DNA of 64,000 nucleotides, from the NCBI GenBank assembly GCA_024958795.1, contig JANXHP010000009.1, positions 34,776-98,775 on the forward strand, written 5' to 3'. How positions within the stretch are numbered: the stretch's first letter is position 1; every line of letters starts with the position of its first letter. A model generated the notes under the pieces. The model ran no database searches. It saw nothing but the letters and a program-made list of their open reading frames with translations, and was not told the origin of the DNA. Shown one piece after another: positions 41,401 through 48,615 of the stretch. The DNA comes from Candidatus Poseidoniaceae archaeon (GTDB lineage Archaea > Thermoplasmatota > Poseidoniia > Poseidoniales > Poseidoniaceae). The translations under genes were made by a program, and so were the position numbers.

Positions 41401-44400
41401 CAGTTCTCCCACATAGATATGTCCTGAAGAATCATATGTTGAACTTGAACCACTACCACCTTCAATTACATATGTATCTGTAAAATCAGGAAGATTGAGT
41501 GATGGCATTGCCATTCTGTGACGTAATTCTACTGCTGCATTCTCTGAGTCAATAGACCAAGTAGTAATGTCTGGCAAGAGGAAATTGTAAGTTTGAGACC
41601 AATTACCCAACTGGTTTGTTGTAGAAATTGCTCTTACTCTCCAATACCATGTAGTACCATTATCTAAATTACTAGAAGGTGTAAAGGTAAGATTGGTTGT
41701 ATCAAAGCCTGTGTCTAACCACGAGGTTACCATCAATAGATCTGGAGAGCTGAAGGATGTGGACTTGTCGATTTGAACTGCCCAACCATCAATACTCATG
41801 CTACCACCGAACGACCAGCCCAATTCTGGACGATGGACTGGTGCTACTTCAATATCAGAAGTAACAGACCAAGAACCATTCAATGGATGAATTGGAACTG
41901 GTTCATTAGGAACTGCATCGGAACCTGGGACATAAACAAAGGAAAGTTGAGGTCGATAACTTGCTGTAGAAGTTGAACCTGGGTATATCATGATATCTCG
42001 GTCAGTACCAGTCCCTACACCAGTTACTCCAATGAGGAAATCTACAGCCCTATCTTCGCGCATTGCATTTTGAACGCCTAATGTTACATTCCATTCAATA
42101 GTATCACCTGCTGAATAGGAGTTGCCAATTGTTAATGAATCGATAAGAGAACCTCTCTCCCAACCCTTAGCACCTGCTGCACCCCAATTATTGACTCCAT
42201 CATATGTGGACCATGTTGCCCCTTCTGCTGTCCAGTTGTGTTGACGGCTTTCCCAAATAGCAACATTTGGTGAACCGCTAGGATAATCAGCCAACTTGAC
42301 ATCTAATTGTGCGGATTCAACTGCGTAACCACTAGGAAGTAGATTAGCTACAAGATTACAATTAAACAAAACACTTGTTTCACTAGGCCAAGTGTTGTAT
42401 GAAATTTGCATTTCGGTTTCACCATCATAATTAGTATTTGGAGAGCCACTGTCAATATATGTATCAGCACATTCTGGATATAGGCCATTGTTTGTACCAT
42501 TTCCATTACTGAGTCTAAATTCGTATCTATCTCCACCCAACCACGTACTAGTCAATCCACTGACTAAGAAATTAGAAGAAGACCATTCTCCTCTTAATCC
42601 ATCATTATCAACGTGTGACATTCTCCAGAAATACATATTTCCAGCGCTTAATTCATCATTTCCAGTCAAGTTGAAAATACCCTGGTTAGAAGTGAAATTA
42701 GAATCGGTTCTAGTATCCAATAGATTTACCCTCTCACGGAAAAATTGGTCCGTTGCTATTTGGAATATTACGTCATATGATGAAGATGAAGTACTAGACC
42801 AAGTGAGAGAAGGCGTCGAATTTCCAGACAGATTGTGACCTACTTGATCCCAAACTGCTTTGCCTTGTTCAGGCCCGGTTAGTGTAGGAGTGCCGATTGT
42901 GGTGTTAGAACTCCAACTATATGTTAATTCAAAATTAGGTTTCTTAGCATCATCACTATTCTCTGAAGAATAGAAATTGATTCCTTGCAATCCACTAGAT
43001 GTATAATCGCCAGTATTACTGCGACCAATCACCATGAAATCCTTAGAACCTGAAGCGCCATCACGTATCCATCCTTGAAGCGCGTCGGTGATTTCAAAGG
43101 ATGTATCTGTTGACGATGATGCCCCATACATTGTGTCGCTGGATGCTGAAAGTAAACCTCTTCCACCATTATCCCAAAGTGTTGAAGAATCTGAGCGCCT
43201 CCAAGTTGTGTCATCTTCAACCCACACACCTTCATTATTTACTTCATGAATAGACAACTCTGGCGAACCAGTTGTTGAAAATCTAGTTAAATTTATTTCC
43301 GCACTTTGTATTGTTGCATTACTATGCAGGCCAATTTGATCCAAATGTAATCTCATATGAACTAATGATTCTTTGTTGGTTGACATTATTACTTCCATTT
43401 TATCATTTGAACCAAATTTCATGTTTATGGAACGTTGGTCAACTTGTGCATCCTCAATGAAATCAGCATTCAGCCCCATATCATCAGCATCAATTTCAAC
43501 TGTCGCAGTACCATCGCCATTATCTGTAACAGTAAGTGATGGCAGTAAGAAATAACTCTCATTCCAATCGCTAAGAGTATCGGTAGAATCCATGGAACGT
43601 ACTCGATAGTAAATTACTGAACCATTAGTAAATTCATCACCACTCGGAACAACAAAACTTCCAGAGCTACTAGTTGTTGAAAATATATCTGCCATTGTAC
43701 TGTAATGCCAAGAAAGGTCTCCAAGCGCCTTGAAGTCTGGATCCACTGATAACTGGAATTCAACACCATCACCTACTAATGAATTGTAGGACAATGTTGG
43801 ATTAGTTTCCGCCTTTAGAATGAAATCTCCACTCATCAATGGCGCACCATCATCAACGAAATCTGCTGTTACACTTCCACCATTACCTGCGGCTGAAGAT
43901 GAAGTGTCCAATATTAGAGATGGTCTGTCTAATATTGTAGTTGAATCATTCATAGCACAGGAATATTCTGCCCCTTCTGATGCAATTAATAGTTCAAGTG
44001 TGTTTTGATTACTGGAAGCCGCTTGCTGTGCAAGAGCAGTTACATTTACCATCATTGTTCCATTCATTGAAGCACGGTGTGGTGGTTCCCAATCACCACG
44101 TTCTGTTGAATCATCAGCACCAGGTGAATTCCACATAATATTTGTTGCAGAATTTAGCCATGTGGCCTCTGTTGCGTTCCATGATGAAGTAATTGCTGCT
44201 GAATAGATTGCGATATCTGTTGAACCGATAACATCACTCCAACACTTCAAACTCAATGTTGCTGAATGGATTGTATCAGTGGAACCAAAACTCATGTTAA
44301 AACTGAACAATAACCGTGTAGGTGAAGTAACACCTCCTTCGAGTGTACCATTTTGTGCCATCTCAAAGTTGTCGTTTGGATAAAAGGAATCAATGTAGGT

Positions 44401-44583
44401 GTCGGCGGAAGGTGAGACATTAGAAATAACTCGATTTATTGAAGGTGAGTTTTCCAATTCTTTCCATTCTGGTACCGCACTTGGTAGCGCTAAATCGGCG
44501 AATAAAAATAGTATAATCAATAATACGGCTACTGAAGTTTGTGGTTTTTTGTCATCGCGCAGCATGGGACTCGTCCCTCTCAC
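35461..44583 (-). CDS. Giant (3,040 aa) surface protein: 7 DNRLRE/disaggregatase-related (CBM96-like) domains alternating with FN3-like domains, ~8 Ig-like repeats, TM helix, Trp/Asp-rich tail
   Basis: Seven D(T/A/V/G)x(I/L/V)...W.E...TW...RP.L units, FN3-like Y(Y/W)RVR units, DQFGN-type repeats. Alternative ATG start at 44565. Confidence 0.85.
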   Translation of the reverse strand: MRGTSPMLRDDKKPQTSVAVLLIILFLFADLALPSAVPEWKELENSPSINRVISNVSPSADTYIDSFYPNDNFEMAQNGTLEGGVTSPTRLLFSFNMSFGSTDTIHSATLSLKCWSDVIGSTDIAIYSAAITSSWNATEATWLNSATNIMWNSPGADDSTERGDWEPPHRASMNGTMMVNVTALAQQAASSNQNTLELLIASEGAEYSCAMNDSTTILDRPSLILDTSSSAAGNGGSVTADFVDDGAPLMSGDFILKAETNPTLSYNSLVGDGVEFQLSVDPDFKALGDLSWHYSTMADIFSTTSSSGSFVVPSGDEFTNGSVIYYRVRSMDSTDTLSDWNESYFLLPSLTVTDNGDGTATVEIDADDMGLNADFIEDAQVDQRSINMKFGSNDKMEVIMSTNKESLVHMRLHLDQIGLHSNATIQSAEINLTRFSTTGSPELSIHEVNNEGVWVEDDTTWRRSDSSTLWDNGGRGLLSASSDTMYGASSSTDTSFEITDALQGWIRDGASGSKDFMVIGRSNTGDYTSSGLQGINFYSSENSDDAKKPNFELTYSWSSNTTIGTPTLTGPEQGKAVWDQVGHNLSGNSTPSLTWSSTSSSSYDVIFQIATDQFFRERVNLLDTRTDSNFTSNQGIFNLTGNDELSAGNMYFWRMSHVDNDGLRGEWSSSNFLVSGLTSTWLGGDRYEFRLSNGNGTNNGLYPECADTYIDSGSPNTNYDGETEMQISYNTWPSETSVLFNCNLVANLLPSGYAVESAQLDVKLADYPSGSPNVAIWESRQHNWTAEGATWSTYDGVNNWGAAGAKGWERGSLIDSLTIGNSYSAGDTIEWNVTLGVQNAMREDRAVDFLIGVTGVGTGTDRDIMIYPGSTSTASYRPQLSFVYVPGSDAVPNEPVPIHPLNGSWSVTSDIEVAPVHRPELGWSFGGSMSIDGWAVQIDKSTSFSSPDLLMVTSWLDTGFDTTNLTFTPSSNLDNGTTWYWRVRAISTTNQLGNWSQTYNFLLPDITTWSIDSENAAVELRHRMAMPSLNLPDFTDTYVIEGGSGSSSTYDSSGHIYVGELSTGYQSAGLIKIPLNELPTPSNARITGAELNLYSIFGSAIDEPLAIRPVLQNWNADANDTTYDGINNWSLPGGRNISTDIGNYVDIQDSVSADWMTWDVTEAVQAAQAAGSSELSLMIYASSTVTQDYVQFISTDSTSSDKPWLNLTWTNGTASIPTVAGSNTGPYNNMISWNTSSHAAIPEYKPTMSWTHTNSANIDNWRIHIMADANDDMEGLTTYDSRTQPQLFDLTNLTFTPGIDITHTREVRWMVQPVVDGMLGPRSTSTAFHIPEEKSGEVDSTTAWISLQEGAYVEPLGYPALSEDTYLDSGNRFNSFGNTATMYVGRSPLSNNHYANSLISFDIGVLPMPSIYEIQNATLEMTVASGSGSVYTSVSVMNTNWNEYSQWAASSATVNWIAPGAHQSGDSDIPFSEGEWISSSTDTVSWNLTAAIQAAIHNGQSTISLILQGEDDGTTAMGSYALHSSESTDVDSRPRINFTYSEQAPWIPSASTGLSPAFGATLWNTSTPRPSGLSEVVLNWTGLQNNETRWFSCGSDDPRMLFATCNGMNDLNGTDSAFNSTSNTLTIFNNTFDDAWTYWRVRADQNNRIGEWSDVHSYRTPDSIGYDDGSGNHTVILSRGSIFTDSGLLPDVPDVELESTVTSNQGSSTTLDLGTTSSGTGESRILLEFELGDIPWPAAMTPTSMVLKLWREQVIGTTSSTISAHACSSFSESSATWNNAPSCSTSELTRTTLTLMPPNGWYEFDLTSLAQSNIANGNMTMSVMLKVVGTPGTTHRFFSSDYSTNESRRPQLVLDYVDNTAGIIPPGQPSLQFPLDGSVLYDSSEIILQSQSNPVLSWNTVTGASGYIVTIANSTGVYKYKSWESSYINGTTFRFNNVLDAGDVFSWWVQGVNQTIPGPSSPRWSFAIGDPSHTDNQDLTFTYDFQTGNEVLQFGHTNIRDGTLSEANPSINQGDVDFLSIGTGCDSVANAKCRAIIGLDNSQIPFAPFQNIHSASLGLYIASISASGGASTLDISVHRMISSGWSQSASSWNQSTPGTNWSSPGLQAGVDYDVTAITTMTLPSTATGWIWFDIGVNGMLIDNDNQWILIATPNAGDLTLDMYSSEYMTASMRPIIQLNTTNVSSITVSPTAPTTDADTTYSFSHQAYNHQALQISAPVTWSSSDGSMDSFGLFTPRGVGTHTITACFGLICTSESITVTPGSPTTLDVTPLTGQITSDESLEITAAVVDQFGNVVAGELITFSTSNGTMGGVNGNIYYPFASGAQTVTVTWGTQSVYVQIAVGNGIPSYFELSGCEGVVPAGEWCDITHTLYDQFGNVLNETHAGLLSWSTNDGNYSELNNQYFPDHLGTWTLSLTSVSGASAEINITVGHGEMQSLELAISSTEITADERVYINTTRIDVRGNRLTVVLPSENWTKIADGQLSAGAPAIWDPVTRGAKLLQAKYESVYAEITITVSEGAINTLVLIVDSEDASWQMMPLTADETLEVKVKAIDAKGNRWTITANWSISHAFWNDQSVLEQLVNDQTTFVPYHASESPYTITAAYYDGNMIHEISINATVSHGVLTNIDLSSISSDDETSGTYDLTSDDWIEFAVELYDDDQNPIDTNILRWLIIAESSGEETDITDTLLANNMRWQASSIGNYTIKATNLSDSGYEVSDYVSITIHHGQAVSLHATEDANTATAGYEITIAITGTDSDGNTFPQNVEWQENNGVAHDINSTSVEGVYTYLARIEGPHILTYSSSLTVSNEIELAVSAKRIVAHLKVELSSEVIEQLGEFTVSVTAYDEYWNEIPVPPSTLVDSTGRAEVLNQGDGVWRIITLDEGSQSITVNSGQVNEERTFTVTGTLEGFFEAGGILYYVGAFLAAAIGIVLLIVLKMVLTGNDDEWDEEDEYDDEDDEPIAERRKPTRGGGAGPTGPAGPAGPAPTPEPEPEPEQTDFTKDESYRVDDEGTEWWEDEAGTWWYRQQGDADWEQWVD

Positions 44584-44769
44584 TTCGTCCCCGTTATACT
44601 GTCTTTTCCCTAATTGTTCATGAAATTAGGCTCAGAAGAAGATATTCTCCCTACGGGAGAGTTTTCATAACCAATATCAAAAAATACGATATTTGTTCCA
44701 ACATCTATTCATTGATTTCAATTCAATATCAAGCCAATGTTGAAGGAGGCTCGCCACAGGGAGATACCT

Positions 44770-45729
44770 ATGAGCGACTTATGGGTTGAAAAGCACCGCC
44801 CGCAATCAGTTCATGAAATCCGCGGACAGTTGCCCGTAGTGCAACGATTAACAATCTATTCTAAGAACAAAGAATTCCCACATTTGCTATTCGCAGGCCC
44901 TCCAGGAACTGGAAAGACCACCGCTGCCATGGCCCTGACCAAAGATGTGTTCGGAGAAGATTATAGGCAGAATTTACTAGAAATGAATGCTTCGGATGAA
45001 AGAAAATTAGAGAGCATTAGAACCAAAGTAAAACAATTCGCAAGAACTGCTCCCTATGGCAGTGCGAATTTCAAGATAATTTTCCTTGATGAGGCTGATG
45101 CATTGACCAATGATGCACAAGGAGCCTTACGCAGAATAATGGAACAATATGCCCAAACCTGTAGGTTTATTTTATCATGTAATTACTCTTCAAAAATCAT
45201 TGAACCGATTCAATCTAGATGTGCAGTTTTTAGATTCCGCCCACTGGCAGATTCCGCAGTAAAGAATCAAGTAATTCATGTCGCAAAAGAAGAAAAAGTA
45301 AATCTCACCGATGATGCTGCAGAAGCATTGACAAGAATTAGTCAAGGTGACCTTAGAAAAGCGATTACTGCTCTACAGGTTGCTGCTGCATTGGACAATG
45401 ATATTACAAGAGAATTGATCTATGAAACTTCTGCTACTGCACCACCTGAAGCACTGCATCAATATTTGATGGCATGTAGAGATGATGGATTCCATGCAGC
45501 AAGAAGAAGACTGAAAGAATTACTTGACAAATATGGGCTAGCTGGAACTGATTTTGTCAACCAATTACATCGTGAATTATATGCCGCTGATTTCCTTAGT
45601 GAGTCGGCGAAGTTAGATTTAACTGAATGGATGGCTGAAGTCGATTATCGATTGGTTGAAGGTGGAGGAGAACATATCCAACTCGATGCTTTAACCGCCC
45701 GATTTGTCACACATTTGAAAAAGGAATAA
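44770..45729 (+). CDS. rfcS: Replication factor C small subunit
   Basis: Motifs WVEKHRP, GPPGTGKTT, LEMNASDER, FLDEAD, SRC, GDLRKAI. Length shows no intein. Confidence 0.96.
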   Translation: MSDLWVEKHRPQSVHEIRGQLPVVQRLTIYSKNKEFPHLLFAGPPGTGKTTAAMALTKDVFGEDYRQNLLEMNASDERKLESIRTKVKQFARTAPYGSANFKIIFLDEADALTNDAQGALRRIMEQYAQTCRFILSCNYSSKIIEPIQSRCAVFRFRPLADSAVKNQVIHVAKEEKVNLTDDAAEALTRISQGDLRKAITALQVAAALDNDITRELIYETSATAPPEALHQYLMACRDDGFHAARRRLKELLDKYGLAGTDFVNQLHRELYAADFLSESAKLDLTEWMAEVDYRLVEGGGEHIQLDALTARFVTHLKKE

Positions 45730-45976
45730 TTGATTTTTTTCACTTTCACCTTTCCAATGAGGGGTGTAGAAAAATGACTGGTATCAAATCCTTACAGTAA
45801 GGGTGTATGAGAGTTAGACAACACCTAGTAGATGCTGCATGTTGGACGCCAATTGCTCCAATAATTCGCAAATACCGAATCTCCAAATTGATAAAAACTA
45901 CGAATGAAAAAAGAGATATTAAGAAAATATCAATCATATTGAGTGCGATAATGGCGGCTCATTCAGACTTACTTTC

Positions 45977-46882
45977 TTAGTCTTGAATGATTTCCTTTAC
46001 GATGATTAAATTCCAGTTGTAAGTTCTATGATTTATCCAAGGGTCACCTTGTTCAGTTATCTCAACAGATATTGAATGTTTACCCTCTGGAAGTTCAGCC
46101 CCTAATAGAATTGCAAAGGGTTGGTCATTACTGCCGTGAGGGAAGAAATTTGGAATTGATTTGTTTGTCGTTGTTGTTGAATTTAATAATCGTTGTTTGT
46201 TATCAGTCCAAAAAGAATCTGTTGCTGAAATTTCCCGGCTTCCATTATTGTTGGTAAGTGTTACAATTACTTCGGCTCCATCGGAATTTACATTGTCTGC
46301 TAATCCAAATAACAACCAAACTTGACCGTTCAATTTTCCATTAGAGTCAACTGTCCAAGTGATGGTATCTTTCTTAGTTCCATCATCAAATAACAACTCA
46401 ACGCCATCATCGGTTGCAATTGACCATTCGTTTGACAACTGAGGTGCAACAATGTCTCCAAGTGGTGGATTTACCAGTAAAAATGCCATTGCTAAAAATG
46501 TAAATGTATGCAAAAAACCACCCTTTACCCAAGTTCCTTTAGTGTAATGCTCAAGGAATTTTTCTGGTAATATTGTACGATGAATTTGTGGAATTAGTAT
46601 CATCGCTGTTAGAGGAAGAAGATACAAAATATCTGTTTTTTCATCGGAAGTATTTGGCATCAATACATAGCGCATTAGAAGTGATATTATTGTGGTAAAG
46701 GTGAGAACAAGCCACATTGAAACTGTGTCTGCCTTTTCTTTCTCAGCATATTTGGCAGGGTCAAAGGCCTCCAATCCAAGATCCGAACCACTGCGGCGAA
46801 TTTTCTTTTCTTTTTCCTCCCCCTCTGCACGCTTTCGACGCTCTGTTGCAGCCGCCGCCATCGCAGTGTTTAGGTCCACCAT
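45977..46882 (-). CDS. Hypothetical membrane protein (3 N-terminal TM helices plus C-terminal beta-rich domain)
   Basis: Charged N-terminus, hydrophobic helices, NPPLGDIVAP, then a soluble domain. TTTATT box at -30. Confidence 0.75.
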   Translation of the reverse strand: MVDLNTAMAAAATERRKRAEGEEKEKKIRRSGSDLGLEAFDPAKYAEKEKADTVSMWLVLTFTTIISLLMRYVLMPNTSDEKTDILYLLPLTAMILIPQIHRTILPEKFLEHYTKGTWVKGGFLHTFTFLAMAFLLVNPPLGDIVAPQLSNEWSIATDDGVELLFDDGTKKDTITWTVDSNGKLNGQVWLLFGLADNVNSDGAEVIVTLTNNNGSREISATDSFWTDNKQRLLNSTTTTNKSIPNFFPHGSNDQPFAILLGAELPEGKHSISVEITEQGDPWINHRTYNWNLIIVKEIIQD

Positions 46883-46981
46883 ATTGACGGGCAAAAGTTG
46901 GCAGTGAATAAAGGCTACAATGGACTACTCATCTCTTACGAGCCGTATCATTCAAAGGGAGAGTGCTTCACGACGGGGTAA

Positions 46982-47115
46982 GCCGGGGTGGCGTAGTTGG
47001 TGGCGCGTCGGACTCATAGGGCAGCCTACAAGGCAATCGTATGACGTGCAAACAATCCCATTGTGGTGTCTGAGACATCCGAAGGTCGCGGGTTCAAGCC
47101 CCGCTCCCGGCACCA
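46982..47115 (+). tRNA. tRNA-Met(CAU), elongator type, with 58-nt intron at 37/38 (47019-47076); CCA encoded
   Basis: Acceptor stem GCCGGGG/TCCCGGC-A-CCA, anticodon stem TCGGA/TCCGA, CAT at 47015-47017. BHB motif: CTCA/TGAG helix with TAG and ACA bulges. Confidence 0.93.
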
Positions 47116-47219
47116 ATTAGAATTTTTTATTTTTGACTAGGAAATTTATAATTCAAATCATCTATTGACAAGTATTAGATTCCGATGTCTTGATGTGCCT
47201 TCACTTGATGGAGGGATTC

Positions 47220-48578
47220 ATGGTTGATATGCCTGATGCTGGTAGTCGAGTCCTCGTGGAGGTGGAAAGTCTCAATGGCTCCACCTCGATTGAGGGAATC
47301 GTTTTACCTGCAGCATCTGCTGGCCACATTACAATAAAATTGGTAAATGGATATAATGCCAGTTATTCTATTGATTCAATTTCCAGTTTGGAAATTGTTG
47401 AAACTGCTGCTGAACAACCTGCAACGGGAGAGTCTCCTCAGACAACAAATAATGAATCATTACCGACTGTAAGAATTCTGCACACAGGCGGTACAATTGC
47501 AAGTAAAGTAGATTATGCAACCGGTGCTGTAGTCGCAAGATTTGAACCTGATGAATTGATTTCATCGATACCAGAACTAAACAATATTGCAAATATTCAA
47601 GCGATAAAATTGGGTAATATGTTTTCAGATGATATGAGGCCTCAGCACTGGAATAAGATTGCGGAAGCATCAAGGCAAGCTTTTGCTGATGGTGTTGATG
47701 GAGTTGTTATTACTCAAGGAACAGATACCCTACACTACACCGCCGCAGCTCTATCATTTTCATGGGCTGGGTCTGGTGGAAAAAGCCCGAGACCTATTGC
47801 CATTGTTGGCTCGCAACGCTCAAGCGATAGAGGTTCTTCTGATGCGGCTGAAAACCTACTTGCTGCAGTGCATTGGGCTGCAAATGCGCCCTCTCCAATC
47901 GGTGGAGCAGGTGATTCAGTAGTAGTGGTAATGCACACCAGTTCAAATGATGGAGAATGTTCAGTTCATCCTGGAATTGGTGTAAGAAAAATGCATTCGA
48001 CGCGTAGAGATGCATTCAAGGGAATAAATACACAACCTCTTGCAATAATCAGTGCTAATAATGGTAAGCCATCTCATCAATTGAGTGAAACTTATGCCGC
48101 TGAAATAGAATTACCAAATGAAAGGATAGTAACTTCAACACCTGATAAATTTGAACCTCAAATTCGTATTCCTCAATTCATTGCAGGACCTTGGTTGGTC
48201 TCTGAACATATTGATGCAATCATGAATATTGGTTGCCAAGCGATCGTAATACATGGTACCGGTTTAGGCCACCTTCCGATAGATGACCCTGAAGGCGATG
48301 CTCCCGAAAATACATTGGTTTGGCGAAGTATTACTAGAGCAGTAAATCGCGAAGTTCCTGTAGTAATTGTTAATCAATGTATTAGTGGGCCTGTTGATAT
48401 GAATGTATATTCAAAAGGACGAAAGCAAATGGAAATGGGTATATTGGGTCATGGTATTATAGCACCACCTGAAACTGTTGTTGCAAAAATACACTGGGCA
48501 CTTTCTAATGGTAAAAATATCAATTCAATTATCGCCGCTGATTTATGTGGAGAGGGACGCGCAACCCTAATGGAATGA
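47220..48578 (+). CDS. gatD: Glutamyl-tRNA(Gln) amidotransferase subunit D
   Basis: Motifs IKLVNGYN, HTGGTIASKVDY, GTDT, SQRSSDRGSSD, KMHSTRRDAF, GTGLGH, MNVYSKGR. Confidence 0.93.
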   Translation: MVDMPDAGSRVLVEVESLNGSTSIEGIVLPAASAGHITIKLVNGYNASYSIDSISSLEIVETAAEQPATGESPQTTNNESLPTVRILHTGGTIASKVDYATGAVVARFEPDELISSIPELNNIANIQAIKLGNMFSDDMRPQHWNKIAEASRQAFADGVDGVVITQGTDTLHYTAAALSFSWAGSGGKSPRPIAIVGSQRSSDRGSSDAAENLLAAVHWAANAPSPIGGAGDSVVVVMHTSSNDGECSVHPGIGVRKMHSTRRDAFKGINTQPLAIISANNGKPSHQLSETYAAEIELPNERIVTSTPDKFEPQIRIPQFIAGPWLVSEHIDAIMNIGCQAIVIHGTGLGHLPIDDPEGDAPENTLVWRSITRAVNREVPVVIVNQCISGPVDMNVYSKGRKQMEMGILGHGIIAPPETVVAKIHWALSNGKNINSIIAADLCGEGRATLME

Positions 48579-48615
48579 GCGCACCAATCAAGAACTGGCA
48601 ACGGATGGGGTAAAT

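Noticed and set aside
44770-45729. Inteins in RFC (also checked LonB and DP1)
   Set aside because: Protein lengths are normal and motifs are contiguous, with no splice-junction or LAGLIDADG motifs.
47019-47076. Possible C/D-box guide RNA in the tRNA-Met intron (ATGACG...CTGA)
   Set aside because: The box C match is poor and CTGA overlaps the obligatory BHB helix. No D'/C' pair is evident.
46920-47120. 66-aa ORF
   Set aside because: It coincides with the intron-containing tRNA-Met.
47220-48578. Plain L-asparaginase I
   Set aside because: The N-terminal KLxNGYN domain and SQRSSDRGSSD identify GatD. gatE being outside the window is not unusual.
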